In this document: positions 34,720 to 47,476 of the stretch, piece by piece
Position numbering within the stretch: position 1 is the stretch's first letter
How the letters are laid out: every line of letters starts with the position of its first letter
Assembly (NCBI GenBank): GCA_014905635.1
Contig: JABVCE010000029.1
Location: 1 to 64,000, forward strand
Source of the DNA: Scenedesmus sp. PABB004
Taxonomy: Eukaryota
Direction of reading: 5' to 3'
DNA length: 64,000 bases
Made by a program: the position numbers and the translations under genes
Notes under the pieces: model-generated
What the model was told of the DNA's origin: nothing
Database searches by the model: none
The model's input: only the letters and a program-made list of their open reading frames with translations

Positions 34720-37700
34720 ATGCGGCGGGCTCGCGCGGCCGCGCTGGCGGCCGTGCTGGCGCTCGGCCTGGCGCTGGCGGCCGTCGCAGCAGCGGCGCCG
34801 GCGCCGGCGGGCGGCGCGGCGTGCGCCACGACGGCGCCGCTGCCGCCGGCGCCGGGCAACCGCAGCACCTGCGGGCCGGCCTGCCGGCAGGAGACCCTGG
34901 CCGCGCTGCGGGGCATCTTTGACGCGCTGGACGGCACGTCCTGGAACTTCACGACCTGGCTGGCGGAGGACAGCGCGGAGGCGCTCGCCGACCCGAACGC
35001 GTTTATGAGCGGCAATTGGAGCGCGACCGCCTGCGTCGCCTGCACCGACGCCGCCGGCCGGACGCAGCCGAGCTACTGCTGCTGGGAGGGCGTGTACTGC
35101 TGCGAGGAGGTGAACGCCTTCACGCTCGCCTCGGCGGCCGGCTGCGCGCGCTACGCGGTGCAGGTCCTCCAGGTGCGCGGGGGACCGGATCGCGCGGGCG
35201 CGCGCCGCGGGCGCCGCGGGCGCCGCCTGCCGCCGCGCGCGCGGCGCGGCGCTGACGCTGACACCGCCTGCCGCCTGCCGCCCGCACGCCCCCAGATGCG
35301 CTCCGGCGCGATCACGGGTCCGCTGGAGTCCATCATGGGCCACCTGGCCGCGCTGCACCGCAACGGGCTCACGCACGTCGACATGTCGCGCAACTTCCTC
35401 ACCGGCACCATCCCGCCGCGCCTCGGCGACCTCGCCCGCCTGCGCGTGCTGCTGCTCGGCTCCAACAGTGCGCGCCGCCGCGCCGCGGCGCCGCGCCGGC
35501 GGCCGACACCACGCGTGCGCGCTGCCGACCGCGCGCGCGCCCGCCGCCGCCGCCGCCGGCCGGCCGCAGACCTGACGGGCACGGTGCCGCCGTCGCTGGG
35601 GCGGCTGCTGCAGCTGCAGCAGCTCGACCTGGAGTTCAACTTTCTCACGGGCCGCCTCGACGGCGGGCAGGTCTGCGCCGACGAGCGCAGCGACCTGCAG
35701 GCCCTCTACGTGCGCGCCAACAACTTCAGCGGCCCGCTCGACCTGCGGGCCTGCCGCGCGCTCGAGGTGGCAGACGTGCAGGTGCGGCGTGCGCGCGCGG
35801 GGGCGTGCGAGCGCCTCGCGCTCGAGGGCGCGGGAGCGGCAGGGAGCGTGCTCACGCCGCCGCCGGTGCCGGCGCCCGGGCGGCGCTGCTGGTGCGGCGC
35901 AGGAGAACTACTTCAGCGGCACGCTCCCCATCGGCGCGCCCAACCGCCAGCTGAGCGTGCTGCGCGCGCGGCTGAACAACTTCAGCGGCCCGCTCGCGCC
36001 CGACGTGTGGGAGCTGCCCAACCTCATGACCCTCGACGCGACCAACAACTCCCTCACCGGCGGCCTGCCCCCGGGGTCGCCGAGCATCTTCCTCACCAAC
36101 CTCTACCTCGGCAGCAACAACCTCAGCGGACCCCTGCCCGCGGGGCTCGCGCACAGCAGCCAGCTGTCCAAGCTCGACCTCAGCGACAACGCATGGATCA
36201 CCGGCACGCTGCCAGACATGACGTGCGGCGCCGGCCGCGGCGGCCGCGGGGGCGGCGCCTGGCTGCGCGCGCCTGCAGCCAGCCAGTGCCCGCGCGCCGA
36301 GCGCGGCGCCCCGCCGGCCGCCGGCGCAGGTGGATGCTGGGCCTGCAGACGCTGATGATCGGCAACACGCGCCTCACGGGCCCCATCCCCGAGAACATGG
36401 CCGCGCTGCCCTACCTCGAGGCGCGCGCCGCGCGCGCTGTGCCGCGCCCGGCGCGCTGCGCGCCCGGCGCGCTGCAGGCGCCGCGCGGCGCGCGCCGCGC
36501 CCGTGCGCGGCGCCAGCCCGCGCCCACGCGCCCCCCGGCGCGCGCGCAGACGGTGGACATCCACAACACGCTGATGACGTGTTGCTCGAACGAGAGCGAG
36601 GCCGAGGCGCGCGCGGCGGATGGCACGCTGCTGCCGAGCTTCCTCACCTTCACCAGCCGCGTGCGCTGGCTGCCGGCCGAGGAGGTGCTCGGCCGCGACG
36701 CGACGCTCAACCGATACCTCTCCAGCGGCGCAAACATGATGTGCGCCCGGCGCCGCCGCCGCCGCCGACGGCGCCGCTGCGCATGCCGATGCTGACGCCG
36801 CCGCGCGCCGCCGCGCCGCGCCGCGCCGCCGCAGCTGCAACATGGTGCAGCGCAACCGCAGCCACCACGTGTTGAGCCACCAGGTGATGCGGCCCGCCAA
36901 CCTCTCGCGCCAGATCTGGGCGGTGTCGCCCGAATACAGCTGGTTCCGGGAGTGCGAGTGCGCGCCGGTGCGGCGGCGGCGCGCAGCGGCGGCGGCGCGC
37001 GGCGGCGGCGTGCACCGCCCCCGGCGCGGCGCGCAGCGGCGGCGGCGCGCGGCGGCGGCGTGCACCGCCCCCGGCGCGGCGCGCGGGCGCGCGGCGTGCC
37101 CACCCCGCGGCCGCGGCGCGGCGCAGGGCTTTGCTGCGAGCTGGGACGCCGACGTCGAGCGCGAGGTGTGGTGCCACAACCGGTCGAGCAGCATAGCCGA
37201 CCACTGGCGCTGCGTCAACATGAGCGTCATGGCCTGCCGGCCCAAGCCCGCGCTCACGCAGAGCGAGCTCGCGGCGATCGTGAGCGTGGTGAGCGTGGTC
37301 GTCATCCTCAGCCTCCTCATGCTCACGAGCGTGAGCCTCAACATGTGCATCGCCCGCACCGGCAAGCTGCGCCGCCAGATGGCGTGGTGGCACAAGCACC
37401 TCACCGGCATGCCAAAGGCGGGGCGCATGTCCATCGTGGTCACAGACATCGAGGGTGCGCGCGCGCGCGGGAGGTCACGCCCGCGGCCCCGCCCGCCGCG
37501 CGGCGCCCCCGCCGCCGCCGCCGCCCGCGCGCGCCTTTCGCGCTCACGCCCAGTCTCTCGCCTGCCTCTGCGCTCACGCCCGCGCGCACGCCGCGCCGCC
37601 ACGCGCGCGCCTGTGCAGGCTACTCGGACCTGTTCAAGCGCTGCCCAGAGCTCATGTACAAGGCGCTCACGCTGCACAACAACGTCATCCGAAAGGCCAA

Positions 37701-39186
37701 GTACACCAACGCCGGCAGCACCGTGCAGCAGGAGGGCGACTCATACACGTGCGCGCGGCGCGGCGCGACGCGGCGCGGGGGCGCCAGCGCGCGGGGGCCA
37801 GCGTGCGGGGGCCAGCGCGCGGCCCCGCCGGCACCGCCGCCGCCCACACGCCCGTGGCCCCGCCCACGCGCTCGCAGCCTCGTGTTCCACGACGCGTTTG
37901 ACGCCGTGAGCTTCTGCCTGCAGGTGCGCCGCGCGCGCAGCGCGCGCGGCCGCGCCGGCGGGGCGCGCGCCGCGCTCCGCGCGTTGCGTCCGCCGCGCCC
38001 GCCCACGCCCGCCCGCCCGCGCGCCCGCCGCCCCCCCCCCCCCCCGCCCCGCCCCAGGCCCAGCTCGCGCTCATGGAGGTGGCCTGGCCGGAGGGGCTGA
38101 TGGAGGGCGAGAGCGCGCCGACCAACCACAACGGCGGTGCCGGCAGCCACAGGGCCCGCAGCACGCGGCGCAAGCGTGCGTGTGGGGCGCGCCGGGGCGC
38201 GCCGGGGCGCGCCGGGGCGCGCAGGGCGCGGGGGCGCGGGGGGCGCGAGCGCGCGCGGTGCCGCGTCGCCGGCCGCGCCCCACGCGCCGCGCCGCCGCCG
38301 CCGCGCTGCGCTCGCGTCCGCAGTGGGGCAGCTGGACTCGCTGCTCGTCAACAGCGCCTGGCTGCGCAAGAGCCGGGCCGGCACGATCAAGCACAGCGGT
38401 GCGCGGCGCGCCGGCCGCGCCGGGCGCGCGCCTGGCCGCCCCGCCGCGCGGGGCCGGCGTCGCCTACCCGCCGCGCCCGCGCCCCGCGCCCGCAGGCAGC
38501 GGCAGCGCGCTCCCCGCGGGCGTTTCGTGCGAAAGCCTCGTCGGCGGCCCCGGCGCGTCGCCGCCGCCGCCCGCGGCGCGCGGCGCGGGGCTGAGCCGCG
38601 CGCGCATGCTGGACCTGTTCCGCTCCACGCCCGGCGCCGGCAGCGCGGCGGGCGTGTTCAACGGCCTGCGCGTGCGCATGGGCGTCGCCACGGGCGACGT
38701 CGAGGGGCCGCCCGAGGGTGGGGACGCGATCGCGGCCATCATGAACTCACCCCTCTACAAGCGCGCGCTCGGTGCGGGCCTACCCAGCGCCGCGCGCCGC
38801 GCGCTCGCGCCGGCCCGCGCGGGCGGCGCGCGCGCGCGTGCCGGCGCCGACGCGCGCCGCCGCCGACGCGCGCGCGCGCCGGCCACCGCGCGCGCGCGGC
38901 GCAGACGTGAGCGACGCGGGCAACGGCGGCCAGGTGCTGCTCGACGGCGCGACGTTTGTGCGCGTGAAGGAGGAGCTGCACCCGCTCGGTGCGGTCGACG
39001 CCAACGGGCTGAACTACAACAAGCTCGCCGCGCGGACGAGCCTCTGGCACCTGCTCTGCCTCGGCTCGCTCTGCGCGCGGTGCGCGCGCCGTCGCCTGCG
39101 CCCCGCGCGCGCCGCGCGCGCCGTGCCCCGCAGGCGCCGCCGCCCGTGGCCCACACCGTGCGCCGCGCCGCGCCTGCCCCCCCCCC

Positions 39187-39219
<33 letters not shown>

Positions 39220-42200
39220 GCCGCCGCAGGCGCGAGGAGCTGGGCGACAGCGACGAGGCGGTGGTGCTTGACATGGGAGAGTATCAGCCGCCAGAGGGGC
39301 GGCCGGCCAAGGCGCCGAGCCTCAACAGCCGCCGGCTCAACACGATGCTGCGGGCCAGCATGAAGATGGTTGCCTGGCACCACCCCGCGCAGCAGCTCGG
39401 CGGAAGCGGCGGCGGCGCGGCGCCCGAGCCCCCCGCGGGGCGGCCCGGCGCGGCGCCGAGCCCGAGCCCGCTGCCGCCGCCGAGCCCGCGCAGCGCGGGC
39501 AGCAGCCCGCCCGCGAGCCCCGCGGGCTGGGCCGCGCCGCCGGCGGGCGGCGGCTGGGGCGGCGGCGGCGAGGCGCTCGAGCCGACGAGCGCGCTGCCGG
39601 GCGCGATGCCAGAGCCGTGGCACCGCCCGCCCGCGGGCACCAGCAGCGGCGGCGGCGCGCCGGCCGGCGGGGAGCGCGAGCGCGTGCGGCTGGTGCAGAT
39701 CCTGTCGCCCTCCCTCGTGGGGCGCGCCCAGGTGTGGGGCAACGCGCTCAGCCTCAAGCCCAGCTGGGTCTGCACCGACGCGCCCTACTTTGACGCACCG
39801 GGTGCGGACCGCGGCGCCCGCCCGCGCGCCGCGCGGTGGGACGCCGCAGGACGCAGGCCCCCGCCCGTGCGCCGCCGACGCCCAACGCCCCGCCGCCGCC
39901 GCCGCCGTGCCTCGCCGCGCCGTGCAGGCGCGCGCGAGGCGCTGCTGGCCAACGTGCGCGTGACGCGGTCGATCAGCATGGCCAACTCGGTCACCTCGCC
40001 CCAGCCCGCGGACGGCGGCGGCGGCTCCGGCGCCAGCGACACCGACTCGGCGCACCCGCCGGGCGAGGCGAGCGCCCGCGGCCGCGGCGGCGGCGCCGAC
40101 GCGAGCACGCACGGGTGCGCTTGCGCCGCGCCGTTCGACGTCGAGGCCCCGCCCCCCACGTCGCCGCCGGCGGCGGGCGCGCCGGCGCGCGGCGGTGGCG
40201 GCGGCGGCGGCGGCGGGCTGGTCGTGGTCGGCTCGCCGCTGTCGCCGCTCGTGCCGCCGGTGACCATGGTCTTTGCGACGGTCGAGGGCGCCAAGGCGCT
40301 CGGCGGGCGGCGCAAGGCGGTGCTCAAGGAGATCCACGCCGCCCTCGCGCCGCTGCTGCTCGAGGCGCTGCGCCACGTGCGCGGCGGGTACCTCTGCCGC
40401 ATGCAGGCGCGTGGGCCCCGGCGGGGGTGGCCTGGGGCTGGAGCGGCCCGCCGCGGGCAGGGGCCGGCGGCGCGCCGCCCGAGCACGCAGCCGCGCCGCC
40501 CAAGCGTGCCCCCCCCCTCCCTCACACAGACACTCACTTGCTCACTCACTCACTCACACACTCACTCGCTCCCACCCTCACGCACTCGCTCACTCACTCA
40601 CTCACTCACGCTCCCCCCAGGAGGGTGACCTCAAGTACATGCTCGCCTTTGCATCGCCCCGCGCCGCGCTGGAGTGGGCGCTCACGGTGCAGGAGGCGGG
40701 TGCGTGCCGCGCCGCCGCCGCCGCTGCTGCCGCGCAGCCCTGCCGCGCTGCCGCGCACGGCCGCCTCCCACCGACGGGGCGCCGCTGCCCCCACTCACCC
40801 CCCCCCCCACACACACACACACACACAAACACACGCGCGCGCGCAGCGATGTACCTCAACTGGCCGGAGGACGACCGCTGGGCGCGCACCGCGCAGCTGC
40901 GCGCCGCGTACGACGCGGGGCGCCCCCGCGCGCTCGTGTTCCGCGGCCCCCGCCTCAAGATGGGCGTCTGCGAGGGCGTGCCGCGCACAGTCATCCCAGA
41001 CCACCTCGGGCGGTGCGGCGCGGGGGCTGCCGCGCGCGCGGCGCGGGGGCTGCCGCTGGCGCCGCCGCCGCGGGGGCTGCGCGGCGCGCGTCGCCCGCCC
41101 GGCCCTGCTCACGCCGCCGCCGCCGCCGCGCCGCCGCCGCCCCCTCGCGCCGCCGCGCCTGTGCGCGCCGCCGCCGCCGCCGCCAGGGCCGACTACCATG
41201 GCTCCTCGGTGCGCGCGGCGCAGCCGTCGCTGCGCAGCCGTCGCTGCGCGGCCGTCGCTGCGTGGCCGCGGTCGCCGCCCGCTCACGCGCCCGCGCTCAG
41301 GCCGCCGTCGCCGCCCGCTCACACGCCCGTGCGCGCGCCCGCCTGCGCACCCGCCCCGCAGGTCAACCAGGCTGCGCGCTACATGGACGCCGCGGCGCAC
41401 GGCGGGCAGATCGCGTGCGAGGCGTCGCTCGCGGCGGCGGTGCTGGCCGAGTGGGCGGCCGACGCGGCGCGCGCCGACAGCTGCGCCGCCGACTCGGACG
41501 CGGCGGGCTCGCCGGAGCAGCTGCGCGTGCTGTCGGCGCCGCCGGCGCCGCGCGCGGGCACGGCCGGCGCGGCGGCCGGCGGCGAGGCGGCGGCCGGCGG
41601 CGACGATGGCCCGGGCGCCGCGTGCCCGGTGTGCGGGCTGCCGCTGGACGACGACCTCGCGCAGCGCACCGGCACGAGCCGCTCCCTCGACAGCGCGATC
41701 GCGCAGCTGGGCGGCTGCGAGGCGCTGCTGCTCGCGACGCAGCCGTCGCTCACGGAGCAGGCGGGCGCGGCGGCGACGGCGACGCTGCGGCCGCGGGCGG
41801 CGGCGTCTGCCGCTGCGGCCTCGCCGCCAGGGACGACAGCATGGTCTCGGCCTTTGCGTCGGCCCCCGCGCTCGCCGCGCTGGACAGCGTCGCCGACAGC
41901 GCCCCCGCCGGCGACGGCGCGGCGCCGGTCGCGGTGCCGGCGCGCGCGGCGCGCACGGCGCCGCCGGCGGCGGCAGCAGCGCGTCGCTGGCCATCGGCAG
42001 CGCGCCCGCCGCGGGCGGCAGCAGCTTTGGCGCCACGCCGCCACGCAGCAAGCTCTTCCCTCGCTTCTTCAGCCGCGGCAACGGCAGCGGCGCGCAGCGC
42101 CCGGGCAGCGTGCTCCGGCCCGCCGGCAGCGTGCTGCACGCGGAGCGCGCGCAGCTGAGCGTCGCCGCGGCCGCGGCCGTCGCCGCAGCCGCGCCGGCGC

Positions 42201-43029
42201 CGCCGCCGCCACCGCCGCCGCCGCCGGCGCCGCCGGCACTCGTGTTTGGGCTGGCCGACCCGCCGACGCTGCCCGTGGTGGTGCAGGCGCACCACCTGGG
42301 CCTGTTCAGGTTCAAGGGCAACCCCGCGGCGCTGGAGATGGTCAACGTCATGGCGGCCGCCCTCGCCGGCCGCGCCGGCCACTTCCCGGCGGAGCCGCCC
42401 AAGGGCAAGGGCGGCCGCGTCGCGGCGCGCGACGGCCTCGCCGGCGAGGCGACCGCGGCGCTGCCCACGCTCGCCGCGCAGTACCGTGCGCGCGTGCCGG
42501 CCGCGCTGCTCGTGTCGACGCCGCCGCCCGACGCGCGCGCGGCGCTGCGGGGCGCGCTGCGCGTGAGCAGCATGCCCGCGCACTCGCGCGGCGGCCTCGC
42601 CGACGGCGGCGGCGGCGGCTCCGGCTCCGGCAGCCGCCTCGGCAGCGGCTCGCGCGCGCTCAGCTTCCTGGCCGGCCCCGCTCGCCGAGCATCCCGGAGG
42701 ACGGCGGCCTGCCGCCGGTGCTCGGCGGCGCCGGCACGCCCGGCGGCCGCGCGCGGGGCGGCAGCTGGAGCAGCGGCGGCGCGCCGGCGGGCTCTGCCAA
42801 CGCCAACGGCGACGCGCCGGCCGGCCGGGCCTGGGGCCGCGCGCACAGCGCGGTGACCGCCGACGCCGGCGGCGTCGCCGGCTGGCACGCGGCGCCGCCG
42901 GGGACGGCCCCGCCGTCGCTGCTGCCGCTCCCGCCGTTTGGCCGCCGCCGCGGCAGCAGCGACGGCGGCAGCCGGGCCAAGGCGCCGGGGCTCGAGTCGC
43001 TGCCGGACACGCGGGAGCACGCGGCGTGA
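34720..43029 (+). CDS. Single-pass receptor: signal peptide - LRR ectodomain - TM - two class III nucleotidyl cyclase domains, about 20 exons
   Basis: Signal peptide; SYCCWEGVYC cap; plant-type LRRs (VDMSRNFLTGTIP, LDLEFNFLTG, LYLGSNNLSGPLP); TM LAAIVSVVSVVVILSLLML; domain 1 SIVVTDIEG/YS...QQEGDSY...GLRVRMGVATG...GNGGQVL; domain 2 VTMVFATVEG...GGYLCRMQ/EGDLKY...FRGPRLKMGVCEG...R/ADYHGSS/VNQAARY...HGGQI...HLGLFRFKG. Frameshifts in the low-complexity 3' exon make the end approximate. Confidence 0.88.
36981..37084. repeat. Perfect 50-bp tandem duplication within an intron of the LRR-cyclase gene
   Basis: GCGCAGCGGCGGCGGCGCGCGGCGGCGGCGTGCACCGCCCCCGGCGCGGC occurs at 36981-37030 and again at 37031-37080. 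Confidence 0.92.
40531..40609. repeat. Degenerate (CTCA)n microsatellite at the 3' end of an intron
   Basis: ctcactcactcactcacacactcactcg...cactcactcactcactcacg immediately before the CCCCAG acceptor. Confidence 0.8.
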
Positions 43030-43482
43030 CGGGATCGAAACTGCAGGCTTCGCAAACCAAATTTGGAGGCCCACCCCCTCTGTGCGGGGCGCGGGCGCGC
43101 GCGCCGGCGCGCTGTGTTGCTGTGTGCTGCTGCGAGGTGTTGCCACGCCGCCTGGCCGCACCTGCGGCCCCATCGGACGAACGGCGCGGACCGAAACTCT
43201 GTACAGAATCGCACGGGGGCACACTCTTTGTGTGTGGTGTGGTGGGCAGGCCGGTCTGCGACGGGCGCGCCTGCGTATCTGTCTGCGCGCCGCCCGCGGG
43301 CGGCGCGCAGAGTGTTTATGCCAAGACGCTGCCAACGGTTGGGGCCGTTGCCGCGAGCAGCAGCATTGACTTGACGCGCGCGGCGGTGCGGCCGGACCGG
43401 CGCCCGCCCGCGCCGCGCCCAGCTGCGTTGCTCGCCGGGGCGGCGGCGGCCGCGGGGCCGCCGCCTGTGCGACCACAAGCGC

Positions 43483-44410
43483 TCACACCACGTCGCTGAT
43501 CCGCCCGCCCAGCAGCGGGCGCCGCTCGGTGCCCACCTCGTCCTGGGCCGCCGCCGCTGCGTCGGCCGCCTCGACGTCGGCCGCCACGCGCGCAGCCTCG
43601 GCCTCCGGCACGCCCGGCAGCGGGCCCAGCAGCGCCTCGGCCGGCGCCCCGCCCCCGCCCGTCCCCGGCCTCGGCCCCGGCCCGCCGCCAAAGTGCCGCG
43701 CCGCAAAGGCCCGCACCCCCGCGACGCTGTCCGGCCACGCGCGGTGCAGCGCGACCAGCGCCTCCGCGCCAGGCCGCAGCTGCAGCGCGGCGCCGCTGGC
43801 GGGGCGGCCCGGCGTCGGGCGCCACTCAAAGAGGCCGAACGCCTGGTTGAAGCCGTGGTGCCTGCGGCGCGGCGGCGGGGCGGGCGCGGGCGCGGTCGGC
43901 GACGAGCCTCCTCCCTGCCGCGCCGCGCCGCGCGTGCTGTGCGCGCCAGGCCGACGCCGGCAGGCCGCGCGCGTGGTGCGTGCGCGCGGGCGTGGCGGGG
44001 CGCCCCACCACTCGATGTTGTCCAGCAGCGTCCTGCAAGCAGCGGCGGGGCGCGCCAGGGGCGGGTGGCAGGCGCCGCGCCGCGCCGCGTGCGGCCGCGC
44101 CGCCGCCGCGGACCAGTAATAGGCGCCGCGCACGTCGACGCCGTCGGCGATGGCGCGCAGGATCTGCGGGCGGCGCCCGGGCGGCCGTGCGCACCCCGCC
44201 CCGCCGTGCCCCGCCGTGCCGCGCCACGCGGCGCGCGCGGCACCTCGTTGTAATAGGTCGCGATGCACCGCTCGCGCATCACGTGGCGCGCGTCGCTCAC
44301 GCCCGTCTCGGTCACGAGCAGCGGCACGCGCAGCGCGGCGTGCGCGGCCAGCAGGTGCGCGTGCAGGTCGGAGGCGACCAGCGGCATGCCCATGTCTGCC
44401 CAAGGCCGGC

Positions 44411-44444
<34 letters not shown>

Positions 44445-46599
44445 GGCGCGCGCTGCGCCGTCAGCATGCCGCGCGCCGGCGAGGGGAGGGGGGGGGGGCG
44501 CTCGTGCGCCGCACACCCACCCGTGAGCGGCTCGGCGGGGCCCGTGCCGGTCAGGCGGAAGCGGCCGTCGATTGCGGGCCTGGCGGGGGAGGGCGGGGCG
44601 TGGGCGCGCGCGCGCGCGCGCCCGGCTGCCTGCGCCCGCCCCTGCACGCGCGCGTGTGCGGGGCGGCAGCCCCCACCGTGAGTAGTAGTTCACACCCAGG
44701 AAGTCCAGCGCGCCCGCGGTGTCCGGCAGCGCGACGCGCAGCACCTCGCCGCGCAGCGGCGCGCGCCACGCAAACTCGCCCGTGGACAGGGCGGCCAGCG
44801 TGGCGTCGGTGGCAAACCAATAGGTCATCCACCGGCACAGCGGCCTGGGTTCGCGGGGCGGGAAGAGTTGAGTGCCGTGCCGCTGCTGGCGCGCGGGCAC
44901 AGGCCACGAGTGGCGCCGCGGCCGGCGGGCGCGGCGACGGCTGGGGCGTGCGGCGCGCGGCGCGGGCGTGGCGGCATGCGGGGGGCGGCATGTGTGGCGG
45001 CGGCGGGCGCGCACGCGACGAGCAGGCGCGACAGGGGGTTGCAGTCGGGCGTCGGCACGAAGCGGATGAACTGGTGCACCAGCCCCACCTGGCCGCGCGC
45101 GCAGGCGCGGCGCACGGGGTCGGCAAGGGTCGACAGGGCGCAGCTGGCCGCGGCGGGGCGCGCGGCGCGCCCCCGCCGCGGCCGCGGCCGCGCCTGCGCG
45201 GCGTCGCCGCCGGGCATGGCCTTGATGGCTCGGTACGCGGCGCCGTGCGCGGCGAGCATGTGGGCCAGCACGCGCCCCGCCTTGGCAAAGCGGCAGCGCT
45301 GCCCCGGCGCCCAGAGGCCCCTGGCCGGGGCGGGGCGCGCAACGCGCAGCGCGCGGGCTCGTGTGGGCTCGCGCGCCGCGGCGGCGACCGCGCGCGCGCG
45401 CGCCCACGTGGCGCCCCCCCCCCCCCCCGCGCACATGATGTGCCCGCACAGCGCGTAGCAGGAGGGCTCGTTGAAGGTCGCCCACGTGGGCACGCGGGCG
45501 CCAAAGTGCGTGAACGCGAGCGCCGCGTAGCTCACAAACTCGGCCACGCTCCCCGGCGCGTCCCAGCCGCCGACTTCCTCCTCGAACCAGGTCGGGTGCG
45601 TGAAATGGTGCAGCGTGACAAACGGCGCGAGCCCCGCTGCATCGCAGGCGTCCAGGATCGCGTGATACCTGTGCCGCGGGCGGGGGCGGGCCCGGCGGAA
45701 AGCGGGCCCCACCGGTGAGGCCTCGGGGGCGGAGGCTGAGCTGCCGCCGGCGCCGCGGCCGGCAGGCGGTGCGCGCTGCGCGCCGCGCTCGCCAGCAGCT
45801 CGGGCGGCGGGCGCCGCGCGCGCGCGCGCGCCTGGCAATCGCGGCCGCGTCGACCTGCCCGCGGCGCGGCACGATGCGCGCCCACTCGAGCGAGAGGCGC
45901 AGCGCATTGCAGCCGAGCGAGGCCGCCAGCTGCACGTCGGCCTCGTAGTGCGTCCAAAAGTCGTTGGAGCTGCGCGGCGACGCGCAGGGAGAGGAGGGTT
46001 GAGAGCGGTGAGCAGCGCGCGGCCGCGCGCCGAGGCTGCGGCGCGCCCGGCGCGCGCAGCGAGGCTGCGACGCACGTCTCGAACGCGTCCGGCGGCTGGC
46101 CGAAGAAGCGGCGGCGGCGCATGAAGGCCGTCCAGTTGCTGCCCTCGTCCGGCGACGACTGCCACACTGGCACGCGCGGCCGCGGCGCGGCGGCGTCGCT
46201 GGCGGGCGCACCGAGGGGCGAGCGAGCGGCGCGGCCGCCGCCCCGGCCGCCACGCCCACCAGAGATCGCCACGCCCTTGTGGAACAGGTCGCCTCGGTCG
46301 GGCGGCGCCGGCGCGGGCGCAGCAGCGGCGGCGCCCGTGCCGGTGCCGGCGGCGCCGCCGCCGCTCCCCGGCATCGCTGCTGCTGCTGCTGCTGCTGCTG
46401 CCGAGCGCAGGCGCTGGGGTCCGCGGGGGCGCGCTGATGCCGCTGCCAGCGCAGCACGCGCGGGCGGCGGCGCGCGGGCGAGCAGCGGGCGCATGAACGG
46501 CGCGCGCTGGGCGGCGGCGGGGACGGCGCTGCGGTTGGCGGTTGCGGCGGTTGTGATCGCGCGCGTCACCGGCGCTGGAGTGAGCCGCGCCGCCGCCAT
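43483..46599 (-). CDS. Glycoside hydrolase family 1 beta-glucosidase, about 12 exons; start codon uncertain
   Basis: NDFWTHYEADV, RLSLEWARI, VTLHHFTHP, acid/base TFNEP, LDFLGVNYY, nucleophile VTETG and GAYYW/TLLDNIEW. Confidence 0.93.
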
Positions 46600-47476
46600 G
46601 TTACAGGTCTCTGCGCCGCGCCGTCGTCGTCGTGTTGTACATGGGCGGAATCACTCGCCTTGCTCCTCTTCGTCTCGTGCGTCTGCAGCCGCTGTGCACG
46701 CGCGCGCCCGCGGTATCGTACACAGGCGCGGCCGCCGCTACAGGGGCCGGCCGGCCGTCGGCGCCGCGGGGCGCCCCACACGGATGCGTCTGATCGGCGC
46801 CACGCGCGGCGCGTCCTGCTCTGCGGCGCCCTCACCCGCACCCGCACCCGCATACCCCCCTCGACAGCAACACCAGACAGCAGCAGACGGCCACCAGCGC
46901 CCCCCGCCCACCAACACCCTACACAACGCGCGGGCCGTGTCGCAGGCCCCCCGGGCCGGCGCGCGGCGCGGCCGAGGCAGTGCTGGCGGGGGCCGAGGGA
47001 GCCCCACACGACGGCAAGCAAGCAAATGCCATGCGACAGCGACAACGGCTGCCCTGGCAGCCCAAGAAGTACAGCGAACAACAACGACGACAACAAGGAG
47101 CGCCGGCCGCCGGGGGCTGCTTCCCCAGCAGCCCCCGCGCCGGCGCGCCGGCGCGCGGCAGTGCGTTGCCCGCAGCAGCTGGCGTGCAGGTGGGTGTGGT
47201 GGTCTAGGATACACGCGGCGCACACGCGCCGCCGCCACCCCGCCCCAGCGCGCCGATCCCGCGCCCTCCTCGCCAGCGGCCCTGTGCGCCCCCCGTGCCC
47301 GCGCGCGGCGCGCAGGCCGCGCGCCGCCGCAGGCCGCGCGTCCCTCACGCCCTCGCAGGCGCGCCCTCCCTCCCTCCCTCCGCCGTCTGTCCCGCCGCCC
47401 CGCCCCTCCCTCAACCCTCGACCCTGGAAACCACCCTCGCCCGCTGCCCCCCCCCCCCGCCACCTCACGCGCCACC

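Noticed and set aside
36981..37084. Tandem repeats of about 50 bp (also 9527-9614 and 58942-59051) as a CRISPR-like array
   Set aside because: Only two adjacent copies each, no spacers, no cas genes, and a eukaryotic intron/UTR context.
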